A stretch of 64,000 nt of DNA from Amoebidium appalachense (taxonomy: Eukaryota > Protista > Ichthyosporea). The first letter of the stretch is position 1. Each line of letters opens with the position of its first letter. Shown piece after piece: positions 1 through 13,106 of the stretch. Position numbers and translations under genes: made by a program. The notes under the pieces are model-generated. The model searched no databases and was not told where the DNA came from. It was given only the letters and a program-made list of their open reading frames with translations. The stretch lies in the NCBI GenBank assembly GCA_963693365.1, contig CAVNZM010000003.1:9484782-9548781 (forward strand). Reading direction: 5' to 3'.

Positions 1-7
1 GGAGCCC

Positions 8-38
<31 letters not shown>

Positions 39-1571
39 CGGGGAACCCCAACTAATTGATTTCTCCTTGTAGTCTTTATGGTGTCTCGTAGAGAAAGTAA
101 ACCCTGATATATAGTCACCACCCGACATCTATGTACGTGATCATGATATACCGCTGAGGGGATATTCCGAGCAAAACCCCCCCCCATACCTGAGACTGGT
201 TCTCTTTGCCTCGAGTAAACAGCGTAAACCCCTATTGGAGAACTGTCGATAGTGATAGAAAATGTCATTGGAAGAACAATCGGGAAATCCCGCGGTGTGA
301 CAACCAATCAGAATGAAGCAAGGGTTTCACCCACGGCGACATGGGCCCAACCTCGGTCGAATAAATTTAGTCAGGATTCGAGGATTTCAAAAGCCCTGCT
401 TTGGCCATCTTACTTCCTCGATTACAATATCCTCGAGGATAGGCTTAACTTTTCCTCGAGGATGGGCACGCATGCCCTGGTATAGAAGCCGGGACGTGCA
501 CATGTGACTTCAGGTCGCAACTTTACGAGGCTGTGCTCGTACCCTACTAATGCAGTTTGTGCACGTGTGTGTGTGTGTGTGTATACATGTGTGTGTGTGT
601 GTGTGTGTGTACGTGCGTGCGTTTCTCTTCTTTCTCGGCCTCGCTCCCTGTGGGTACGTACGCTACAATATATAGTAAAAAGTCACCAAAAGACTCAAGT
701 CGCCACTTCAAGTGAGGACAAGTCACCAGACCCTCTAACCAATTATAACAATAAGTCAAGTCGGCATACCTTGACTTAGTTGAAGTCAGGGTTAATGTGA
801 CTTCAAGTCGCAACTTTACGACTCTGCGCTTGCCGCCACGGGGCTCACATTTCGATGGTGGCACCGCTTGCTCAATACGATTCAGAGTTTGATTGGACCA
901 AAAGCTGTAGGGAGCATCTTTGCAACCGCGCTATGCAAGCTGATTGGATCACGCCATGATTATTGCAACCTGATTGGTTCCGGGATTATTGCGGAACAGC
1001 TGACTCCTTCCCCTTCCCCAGACCCTATCCCTATCTCCGAAGGCCCAAACTCTCGGTCATGTGACCTGACCGAGTTTGGAAATAATTTATCTAGTTGATT
1101 GCGCAAACGCCCGCCAAACCTCGGGAATACATCGCTGACCGACAGGTTTGTGTAGTAGCTACATGTATGTACCCTTAGTACAAAAAAAAGGGATCAGCGG
1201 CACTTTCATTGGCCGCTCCCTCGGGCCAGTCTAGAAACACAACATGGACTCCAAGGATATGTATACCAGTAAGTATACAGATTAATACGACCCTTTGTTA
1301 CGGTCAACTACAAAAAGACTTTTTTAAAAAAAAGGGAGGGGGGGGGGGGGGGGGGGGGAGGGGAAAGTGGGATGGAAAAGGATATGGTACGGGTCTCTGC
1401 AGCTGTTGGCCCCACTGGCAAAAAACTATACCCAATTTTGAGCTGGCTGTGACAATGGGTCATCTAATGATACTCGAGTTCCAAGATGTGTCTCGCATAC
1501 ACAGTGTAAACCCCAAAGCTGTGCATGTGTGGTACCATATCTAACGTTTTTCTTTCCATTTTCGTTTTTCC

Positions 1572-1674
<103 letters not shown>

Positions 1675-1689
1675 GTGTGTGTGTGTGTG

Positions 1690-1743
<54 letters not shown>

Positions 1744-2384
1744 TATTTGGGTGGTCACGGGTAGAAGGATGGGGGGGGGGGGGGGGGGGGGGGGGTTTGA
1801 ACAGTTGTGTACAGAAAGCGTGTTTTTTGTTTAAAAAGAAAAATGCCGGCCCCGGGGGGGGAGAGGGGGGGGGGGGGGCAGTTTCTTTGTTTCGACCAAA
1901 TACTAAAATTTCATAACGGACGCAAACAAGTTTGGCAAATTAATCAAGAAAACTGCTGGTTCGAGAGGACCCCTTAAATACCGAGTAGTACAGACTGCAA
2001 AACAAGGGGGGGATTGTAAGTACATGATAGATATTATGTAAGTTAACCAATGGCGTCAGCCGTGGTTGTATGTAATTTGTGCACGTACAACCTTAACATC
2101 AGGTATTTAAGGTTTCTTTTTGAGCGTATTTAGTAGTACGTACCACCTACCTGCAACCACAGCTTGACTGGTTCCATTAGCAACATGAGTGCACATCTCC
2201 CCCCCCCTCCCCCCCCCCCCCCCCCCCCCCCCCCGCACACACACACACACACACACCACTAGGACAACTGTTAATACACCGACCTCTGCTACAACCCCTT
2301 TCCCAGAAAAGTCACGGGATATAAGCTATTAGCAGTATACTGCCAACGAATAACAGGTGACACCAAACTTGCTATCAGCAAGGC

Positions 2385-2834
<450 letters not shown>

Positions 2835-3399
2835 ACCCAAAAAAAGAAGGGGGAGGGGGGAAGGGGCGGTTCATTGCACAATGCCTCTCGGCTCTCGGGT
2901 AGGATCATTCCTGATTTTATTTCACGCCGACTCTCGCACCTCCCGTACGGCAGCACAATACACCTGCTACGGCAGCATCCTGCGCATCATAAAGCATCAA
3001 GAAAGAAAGTCAACCACCTAAGAGAATTCTATAGTAAAAAATTAAAAATGCCTAGGGATATTGATCCCTGAAAAGAGCTCCAATTTAACTTCTAAAACTG
3101 TCGTTAGTTTAATTGAATATCAATCAGCAACAAATAACAGTATCTTTAAAGCGTTTCAAGCAGCTTCTAAATTGAAAAGAAAAAAAAATCTCCTGCAGAA
3201 TACCGTGACAACATCAATCAGTACTGTGCCAAGCCTTCGCCGTTATTACAAACAAACCCGATACAAATTGCAAAGATCACCTGGCGACTTACAAAAGAAA
3301 ACGCTTGAAAATAGCCAACCGCTTCCAGCACAATTGCAAAAGTTAAAGTCATATACAATTCAGATCGTGGAAAGAGCGCCCGCCTGCACTCTCCATTAT

Positions 3400-4185
3400 C
3401 TAGCGTGCCTTGGTATCGGTGCTGTTCAGATTGAACTGAATAACAATAGTCTTTGCATCCTTCTCCCACGTCTGTATGGAGTATCCGTTGGACGAGCCAC
3501 CGGTAGCCCCACTCCACAGCGGCGTCATAGTCAGAATATCGGCCATAATCATTTGCGGGTTGGAAGGGTTAGGGTAGGCACTGAAACACACGGCCTGCTG
3601 CAGGAGTGAGAGGGTTAACTTGTCGAAGCTGGTGCTTGCCCCCGGCGCAATCTTTCTGAAGTCGGGCTGGGGGTTGAGGTTAATAACGTCGGTGAGGGAT
3701 TTCGCGGCGCCGTCAAGAGACGGGGGGTTGAGTTGTCCTGTGAGTTTCTGCGCAAAGTTGTTGATGGTGCTGATGGTGGACGTCATCGGGCCACCGACTG
3801 TATACCCGTTGGAATTCGGAGTGACGGTCATTGCAATCCCGGCCGCGCTCAGACCAAGACCAGCCGCCCCAAAGAGACTTACAGCCATAAGGCTTGAAGC
3901 AAGAGCCTGAAAGGCTATCCCGGTAATTTTCAGTGCCTCCTGGTTGGGTGTGAGCGCGCACTGCCACGGACGGACGGGTGACTGGTTGCGTATGACTATG
4001 GAGGAGGTGAACGTGTCTACGGCCAAAGCTGCTGCGTCTTGGCCCACCTTTACGGCAACATCTCCCGCCTGGTTTGCAACATCTTGGGATGTGTCTGAGA
4101 CCGCTTTTGTGGCGTCTGTTGCTGTGTCTTTGATGGTATCTACACCTTTGTTCAATGTTTTACCGATTTTTTTGAAGAGCCCCAT
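3400..4185 (-). CDS. Uncharacterised protein, paralog A (~261 aa, intronless; MGLFKKIGK...)
   Basis: Non-repetitive ORF with ATG at 4185. Aligns with the ORFs at 5790 and 14234 over FTSSI.IRN..PV..W.C...P..EALKI.GI, GAAKS..D..N, FDKLTLSLLQQ..C, LWSGAT.G and WE..AK. Confidence 0.9.
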   Translation of the reverse strand: MGLFKKIGKTLNKGVDTIKDTATDATKAVSDTSQDVANQAGDVAVKVGQDAAALAVDTFTSSIVIRNQSPVRPWQCALTPNQEALKITGIAFQALASSLMAVSLFGAAGLGLSAAGIAMTVTPNSNGYTVGGPMTSTISTINNFAQKLTGQLNPPSLDGAAKSLTDVINLNPQPDFRKIAPGASTSFDKLTLSLLQQAVCFSAYPNPSNPQMIMADILTMTPLWSGATGGSSNGYSIQTWEKDAKTIVIQFNLNSTDTKAR

Positions 4186-5789
4186 GTTTCCTGATTGATG
4201 CTCCGTCACAAGGAGGATTCGCTGTACGTTTTGCTGAGCAAGTGTAAGAAGGAGTAATAAACGGTGAGGAAGAGAAAGTGGCGAGCAACAGCAATAATTC
4301 TAAGGCTGCAACTTATATGTTATCGGCATTTCGTTAACACGTTAGAGACTTGTAACAAGCAATCTCGATTCGAATCAGCTCGTTTTATAGCTGGTAGGTG
4401 TCGTGCGACTGGTGTGTTTTGTTTGTGGTCTAGGTAGATCTACAAGAGGTATGCGTGAAGAAATGAGGAAGCCAAATTTGCTTGCTGGTGGGCGGCATGG
4501 CGTGTTTTGTATGGGATATTTGTGGACAGATATTGCGTGCTGAAATGACAATAATATTAGGTTTGAACAAAACATATATAGTATTTCAAATGGCTTATAT
4601 GTGACCGTTATCTTGCACAAAATAACTTCTTGACCATGTAGCCTACTGCTTCCAATTTCAGTACTTACCCAGTGCATTCCTATTTCAGTCACCCAATCAG
4701 CGATACGCATGTTGTAAACATGGAATTTATCTGAAAGAATGGAGGCGGGAGCAAAAACTTGCCTTATTTGGCTATTTTTTATCTTCCATAGCTTCTGATT
4801 GGCTTTCGTTGGTGCGGTCATTGAACACTACACTCGGGCTACACGGTAGGCTGTGAAATTATACACCGAAAATCGTCCCTAACTTTTGAGAAGTTAGGTC
4901 CAATAATTTTGTGACCAATTGCTCTATTACAGCCAAAACCGTTGAATCAAAAAAGATTACCCCTGAAAACGTTTGATGGTCTCAGATAGTATGGGCATCC
5001 CGGCAGATAGGGGAAACGTTGCTAAAAAATGACACCAGTCAAGAACGAAGTCACACCCTGACTCCCTGAGGCTCCGGTTGTTGCCAACCGGGTAACGTGA
5101 CTCACACGCGGTTAAAAGTTGGACTATACAGATCCACCCCTGGATTGAATTCTTCCCAAAACCTGGAGAGAATGACAATGCTAAGAACCCACAGAAAATA
5201 TACGGCTGCTGTGAGAATAGGATAAGGGGTTGGGGCGTTGTATGTGTGTGACGGTGTGCAGAAGGGGGGCGCAGCCACTGGAGCCAGGTAACGTGACGTG
5301 TCGACTGCAGCTGAGGTTTTGTTTGTCGCACGTGACACCTACGGCCCGCCGCCCGCGGGTTTCATATTTAGTATCACATTCAAAATTTTCACACTAATAA
5401 ACTCAAAAGTTTTTATCTTTATTATAATATATTGGGTGGGGATACTAGAGCTATGCTACAGAAGTACAATATTTTGGACCTTTGGGCGATAGCTTTGGCC
5501 GTTTAAAATTTTATCGAGAGGTATGCATACCCTCTTCTGATTGGTTACAGGGAGGATTCCAGCATTCCGTAACGTTTAAATTTTGACACTCGCGCTCAAA
5601 ATGTGTCACTCAATTGTTGACGTGTAGCGCCGCCGCGACACACACGGCCGTTGCGGGAGCCCGTTCAACAACTGAGTTGCTGTTCCTGTTGACGAGAAAC
5701 TCCAGCCGACAAAGACCGTTTTTCTTCGGGAACAAGTCATTCTCCCTACGTCAGAAATCGCGTTCACCTACACATCAACATAAACCAAC

Positions 5790-6608
5790 ATGGGGCTCTT
5801 CAAGAAGATCGGCAAGTCTTTCACGGCCACTGGAAATGCCATCGGGAACGCGGGCAAGGACTCTGTCGACACAGTGAGCAATGCGGGGAGTAACGCTGTT
5901 AATGCAGTGAATAACGCTGGGAATACCGCTGTGAATACAGTTGGAAACGTAGTCAACAACCCAGACCAAGTCCAGCAGTTTGCCACGGACACTGCCAAGG
6001 ATGCAGCCAAATGGGCCGTCGACACGTTCACCTCGTCCATCATCATTCGCAACGACTCCCCCGTGCAGACGTGGAAATGCACCATTGGGCCTGACCAGGA
6101 GGCCCTGAAAATAGCCGGGATCACGCTGCAGGCAGTGAGCATGGCTCTCACGGTTGTGAGTCTCTCGGGTGCCTTCGTGCCTCTTTCCATGAGTATGAGC
6201 GTCACAGCCGCTTTGGGTGCAGTGAATATTGCTGGAGGAAAAGCGACCACACTCGACACCATCAACAAGTACGCGATGAAGTTGACAGGCACGCAGAACC
6301 CGTATACGGTGGAGGGTGCCGCGAAATCCGTTGCGGATATTCTCAACATCGACTACCAAGCAAGCTGGAAGGTTATCCCCCCCGGCGGAAGTGCCACGTT
6401 TGATCGTTTGACGTTGTCGCTTTTGCAACAGGGGACGTGCATGAATTCGTATGTCGACCCGAACAACGCTACGCAGGTGATAACTGGAACGATTACGCTG
6501 AAACCTCTGTGGAGTGGAGCTACGTCGGGTGCTGCAAACACGTACCCGTTGCAGCGGTGGGAGAACACGGCGAAGAATACCGTGACCACATTCTCGCTTC
6601 GTGAATAA
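5790..6608 (+). CDS. Uncharacterised protein, paralog B (272 aa, intronless)
   Basis: Same MGLFKKIGK start and conserved domain as paralog A, transcribed divergently from it. Confidence 0.92.
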   Translation: MGLFKKIGKSFTATGNAIGNAGKDSVDTVSNAGSNAVNAVNNAGNTAVNTVGNVVNNPDQVQQFATDTAKDAAKWAVDTFTSSIIIRNDSPVQTWKCTIGPDQEALKIAGITLQAVSMALTVVSLSGAFVPLSMSMSVTAALGAVNIAGGKATTLDTINKYAMKLTGTQNPYTVEGAAKSVADILNIDYQASWKVIPPGGSATFDRLTLSLLQQGTCMNSYVDPNNATQVITGTITLKPLWSGATSGAANTYPLQRWENTAKNTVTTFSLRE

Positions 6609-7719
6609 GAACGAAACGTTGCTTTGCTACAACAGCGGCTATGTAGGCGCGCGAAGTTTTAATGCTTCAGTTTTATTAGGATGATTGCGTATTGAAAATG
6701 ACGGCTCTGTTCAGCAAGAGGGCAGTATCACACAGGCCGTGGTTAAAATATCAATTATGTTTGTCTCAGATAATGATTACGGGATGTTTGTAAAATGAAA
6801 ATTATATGTCAACTTATTATACTAATGACATTCATATGCAACTTAAAATCAATAGCCGCATAACGTCACGGTTGTTTTCCTGTCTACCTTCCCAACCTTC
6901 TTTTATTATTTATTAGGAGATTTGCCAGTGGGCATGTGATATTTTCGAATAAGCAGTGTCAACAATATCCAATAAAAACATCACCATAGAAACGATGGCA
7001 ATGCAAGCCGATGCTATTCAACATGCATATGATGGGCTGTCATTGTGTACTGTGAGTTTATCCTTCATGTAATGGAGTGCCAGAAAGAAGAAGAAAAAAA
7101 AGGGGGGGGGGGGGGGGGGGGGGGGGGGAAGGAAGAATATTCATGCATGGTGCACGTCCGTTGCAGTGAAAAGTGACTCTTGTGATAACCTCCCCGACCT
7201 CCCCCCCCCCCCCCCTCCTTCCTCCCACCCTTTCTCAGGCACTCCGTTACAGAAAATCCACAGGTTCTCTGATACATACTGCATTCTTCTCTACACTGAC
7301 CTGTAACACCATCAACCATCAACACAAACGTACAACATGCACACACACACGCATACAACCAAAATGTCGGTCTAGCAAATCACACCAGTGCACCTGTCAC
7401 CCACCCTTAACCCACCACACCACAACCAACACCACCAATACCACCAACACAAAATAATCTGAAAAAATCGTAGGAAAAATGTTATGGCGCTGTGTTATTT
7501 CTAACACCACCCCCCCCTCCCCCCGGGCCCCTGCTACTCCCCAACCCCCCCAAGACCAACAACAACCCCCCCCCCCACCACCACCACCACCACCGCAACC
7601 ACCCCTACCACGAAGGAGGCCGTGAGGAGGGGAAAAAAAAGCAAGTCCCTGCCACGGCGATCCCCCCCCCCCCCCCCCCCCCCCCACGCACAAAAAAAAA
7701 AAAAGAAAAAGAAAAGAAA

Positions 7720-7750
<31 letters not shown>

Positions 7751-7758
7751 CACAGACA

Positions 7759-7816
<58 letters not shown>

Positions 7817-10159
7817 CCACACGTGCGCGCCCGCGTGCACACACACACAAACACACACACATCACCACTACCCGTCTTTTCCCGCCCCATACATAAATGA
7901 AACAGAAAGCCACAGTGTGCGTTTTAATCGGTGATATTCTCCGGTTTTTTCAGAAAAATACTGCACACAACGAAAAAGCACCACATGCAACGACTGTAAA
8001 ATGGCAGCAATCCGAACATGATGCCTACTGGATCCTAAGATTGGCTATTGTTTTATCCACGCACATGCATTGGACGTTTAAACCCAATAAAAACAGCATA
8101 TCCCGTTTTGCTTTTCACAAGACTCCCTGGAGAAGGAAGTGGGGGGACAGGGGGAAGGGGGGGGGGGGGGGGGGGGGGGGTGAGGGGGGTGAGGGGATGA
8201 GGGGTTGGGGGTGGGGGGACAGGGAGGAAAAAAGCTCACACAGCCTTTTCCCAGCGTAACTTTTTTCTGTGTGATTTGTGTCCAATACCAAAGTTCACAC
8301 ACACACTCGCCTTGATATAATGTCGGTGCAAACAACACCGGCACCACCCTTTTGTAAATCACCCTGCCTGTGCACACTTCACACTTCACACATGTGCACG
8401 TGACACTTCGGAACTGTTACACGTGTGCAATGGCTGTGACGTCTGCGCACAAATGACAAAAAGGTGTGACTGTGTGTAATGCCTGGCTGCGTGCTGGGGA
8501 GTAAGGATTTGGTGTGAAGTGTGTAAGTTAGTGACTGCGGGGGAGAAAGAGGGGGGGGGGGGGAGGGGGGGGGCCGGAAGGGAGGGTGGGGGGGGGGGGG
8601 GGAGGGGGGGGGGGGAAGGAGGAGGAGGGAAGAAGGGGGTTCATAACTATGTAGTTGCAAATTTTGTTGAAGTCATTGTATTTGCATGTTTGCTGAGTGA
8701 AAGATCGTGAAAGTGTTTCTGCCAGAAAATGTAATCAATATAGCTTTGTGCATGCCAGGTGTCAGGGTGGGTGGGTGGGGTGAGAGAGTGGGGGGGTGGG
8801 GGGGGGGGGGGGGGGGGGGGGAGGGGGGGGGGAAGGGGGGGGGGGGGGGGGAGGAGATAGAGAGACAGAAAGTGAGAAAGAGGGCATGCCAGAGGGAGAG
8901 GAAGAAGTGTGTGAGATTGGGTGTTTCAAAATGTGTGCGAAAGGTCGTAGCACTGTTGCCCTGCCAGGGCGATAAACACAGTGTGCACAAGTAATTATAT
9001 GACGTGTATGTACGTGTGTACGCCTGTACGTCGTGTGTGTACGTGTATGTACGTGTGTACGCCTGTACGTCGTGTGTGTACGTGTGTGTACGTGTGTGCG
9101 TAGTACGTGTTCAAACGTGTATGTTTTTATGCACCAGGCAGGCAAATGTCTAATGCCCCAGTGCAGTTTGCTCGGGTGCTGGCCCAAAGGCCTCGCCCTC
9201 CCCGTGTGGCCTGGGGCCCTCCTGATGACTCTTCCCTAAAAGAGAAAAAAGGGCCTGGGGGGAGGGGGGAAGAGGGGGGGGGGGGGAAGGGGGGGGGGGG
9301 GGGAGCCGAACTTAAAGGCGACGGGTAGATTCCTTATAGCTACATTGATTAGACCCTTGTGTTATTCGATGAAAAGACGTAGTCTTCCCCCCCCACCCCC
9401 CCCCCCACCTCCCCCCTTCAGTTCAAAGTGGGTGTCACAAACATACACATCCATCTTCCTGCAGCAAGCATACATGTGCACACGCACATGCATACATACA
9501 CACATTCACGTAGATCCATGCCTGCACGTATGCACATACGTGCACAAAAAAAACAGGTGCAGGTGTATGCGCTCAAACCTTCATACTTGGGCTCACACAA
9601 ATTTATGGCCGCACTCGTGCACATTTTCACCAAGTCGCATTCGAAAACACCCTGGCCCACCCACCCCCACACTCACCCATGCGTGCCGCAGCCCCTCCTT
9701 GCAAGGCCACCTCCCCCCTTTCTCCCTCCTTCCCTTCCCGTCCCCTTCCCCCCCTCCTCCCCTCCCCCCCTCCCCCCCCCCCATCTCGTGTCCCCCACTC
9801 CCCCTTTCTCGCGGTCTTCCTCCCTCCCTCCCCCCTCCCCCCCCCCTCCCCCCCTCCCCCCGCCCACCCTTTCGACACACACACACCACCCTCACCTGCC
9901 CGGACAACGATCTTGTGCCACTCACAGGGGCCCCTGTGTTCTGATTGGCCAACACTCACCCATGCTCGGTTCACTGCTTTTGCCTCCTCCTCGGTTCACT
10001 GCTTTTGCCTCCTCAAAAAAAAAAAAAAAAAAAAAAAAAAAGAAAAAGAAAAAGAAAAGAATCTTCCTACCGGCCACCAACACCGCCATCACGGAAATCT
10101 CACATCCCCCTCCCCATGTATACCGCACTTTTATGACATGACCACGTGACCAATTTTGT

Positions 10160-10206
<47 letters not shown>

Positions 10207-10313
10207 GGGAAGGGTGGGGGGGGGTGAAAGGGGGGCGGGAAGGGGAAGGAGGGGGGAAGGGGGAGGGGGGGGGGAAGTGGGGAGGGGAAGGGGTGGGGGG
10301 GGGGGGGGGGGGA

Positions 10314-10344
<31 letters not shown>

Positions 10345-11240
10345 AGGTGCAACTAGTTGCTGATTAATTCACTGGAACATCAAGAGGAGGGACGGGAGGG
10401 GGTTTGCGAGAAAGAGGGGGAATGGAGTGTGGGGTGGGGTGTGTGTTGACTGTGTGTGTGTGTGTGTGTGTTGGGGGGGGGGGGGGGGGGAGGGGAGGAA
10501 TCTTGTGGCGGTACCTTTGGGAGCGGCTTTGGAGCGAAAGACGGCATCGCCAGGCTTCTTCTGAATGCAGCAAAGATCATGTTTAGTCTAGGTGGCCCCC
10601 GGTGGATGAAGGGGGGGGAGGGGGGGGGAGGGGGGGGAGGGGGGCTGGTAAGTAGGCGTAGAAGGAAGGGAAGTGATGTGGGGGGAGAGGGGGAGGGGGG
10701 AGGAGGGAGAGGGGGGCGGAAGGGGGTGACATGCTGGATTTGGATTGGAGATTAGGGGGGGGGGGGGGGGGGGGAAGAGGAGGAGGGGGGGGGGGGGGGG
10801 GGGGGGGGGGGAGGAAGAGGGGGAGGGTGGAGGGAGGGAGTATATGGACGGAATGACATACTTAACTAGGACTATACATGATTTTTTTTTGTTTTCATAT
10901 GGCAGTATTTTTTATTTATTTTTTTTTTAAGATGAAGGTAGGCAGGGGCCCCAGGGCGTTAAGGGAGGGAGGGGTGGGGAGAGGGGAGGGGGAAGGGGGG
11001 GGGGGGGGGGGATGGGGAAGACGACGGTGTGCATATGCTGTTACCAATCAAGCTCGTGTGTCTGTCTGTGTGTGTGGGGGGGGGGGGGGGGGGGGAGTAG
11101 GTGTCGGTGTGGCCGGGGTGGGTGGGTGCATGGATGGGAGGGTGGGTGTGCCGTGCACATCATGAGTGGGTGGGTGTGGGTGTGTGACTATGTGGGCTAG
11201 AAGATATTATGTCCGTGTACACATGGTGTGTGTGTGTGCA

Positions 11241-11320
<80 letters not shown>

Positions 11321-13106
11321 ACGTGCCACGCCGTGTGCGTAACCTTTGTAGGTGTGTATCTGTGTTTGTTGTGTGCACAAATGTGCGCATTTCTGGGTGT
11401 GTGCACATGCCGGCGAATGCCATGCATGACATGTGTGCGTGCATGCTATGTCTGCATGTGTGCATTCTCTCGTGCTTCAAGAAGTTAAAACTTTGCAGGT
11501 GTGCCGCGGGGGCATCCGTGTGTGTATGTATGCACGTCTATATCATAACTTGGATGTATGCCCTTTTCCCAAAGGTTTTACACAGAAAGAGAAGTGTACA
11601 TAGGCTGTAGTTTGTGTACAGTGTGTACTGTTGGGAATGGCCCCCCGCATGGCCCCGGGAAGGGGGGGGGGTGGGGGGGTAGCAGTCACCGTCGACTTTT
11701 GCGAAAGTTGAATGATCATGATTTGAGGAAGAGAATTGGCACAGGGTAATAATAACGGTGAGAGGGAGGGAAGAAGAGATGAGGATGATGTCGATGTGGA
11801 AGGGGGTGGGGAGGGAGGGAGGGAGGTTGAAGGGGGAAAAAGGGGGGGGGGGGGGGGGGGGGCTGCGTATTTAATGTGCCTGTCTCTATTGGTGGTGTGT
11901 CACGTATGCTCGTGTGTTCGTATCATGATGTCTGTGTATATCATGATTATAGATAGTGCTTGCGCACTTTTCTGCCACGGTGTGCTCCATCGGCCCCAGT
12001 CAGGTACAGACATGGTGCATTCGTGTGTGGGCTACAGCCTCGTGATCACAAAAAAAAAAATAAAAAAATTGCTAGACCGAGCAGTGCTAACTTTGGTGAT
12101 CATAAGTCCTCAGTTGCGTAACACCAGATCAGTAATAGTGCATATGCAGACTTTGCAATTAGTGAAGAATTGGAAGCCCCCTTAGACTCAGGACCATTGC
12201 CCCCCCAAACACCACCACCGTCACACACACCCACATACACACACTTCTCCCCTCTCTACCTAACCATTCACCCCCCTCCCCCCACCCCCACCCCCCCCCC
12301 CCCCCCCCCCCTTTCCCCCTCTTCGAAGGTGGTGTTTTTTTTTTTGGTGGTGTATCCGTGTGCCCGGTGGACAAGTCTCCACTTCTGAGAATATTGCCAG
12401 GGTGTTTATAGATACTTCGATAGAGCATGACCGTACAATGTCTTAGATGATGTTCGGCTTGTAATGTACACAGGTTTAACTTACGGTGAACACATTCATA
12501 TACCATCATACAGCAGTGCTCTTCATGTACACCTGACACATTATATAGTTGGACTTAGACCTTGGTGTAGATCACATCTGCCTTTGTCCTTTCCCCAACA
12601 TCTACACAGCCTTAGCAGGAGCACACACTAACACGTCGAGAGAGAGAAGTGCGTGCAGTACTACAAAACAGGATTTCCCGCTTGATTCTTTATCACATGA
12701 CATATGTGGTACTATGATTTATGGTACATAGTTGCATCCACCAAGGCCACTGTCTTAACACATGTCGTAATGCATGTGAGCTAAAGTAAATGGATAAAAA
12801 TCTCAGTGTGGCAGTGTGTCATCTTTACTGGCCGACAACAGTTACTACTAGCTGAAGCCTGAACACCCGAAAAACGTTAATAAATTAATATAGTTATAAT
12901 TAATGCCAGTTAATATCATAGCCATATTCCTACTTTTTTGTGTGTTTTCTAAATATGCATTGACACCTTGGTAAACTTTGTTTTTCAGAAATTGCACCAC
13001 GTTTCACACACACACACACATGTGACGCTCAATGTGAACAATATATGGTTGATATAAGTAATTTTTTATCAACAGGGTCACAATTTTTTTCTAGTTTGCG
13101 TAAACT

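Noticed and set aside
3061-3609. 182-aa plus-strand ORF
   Set aside because: TTG start, overlaps paralog A antisense and its 3' UTR, no recognisable motif.
5768-6428. Long antisense ORFs over paralog B (likewise over A, C and the GH31 exons)
   Set aside because: Shadow ORFs of real coding sequence.
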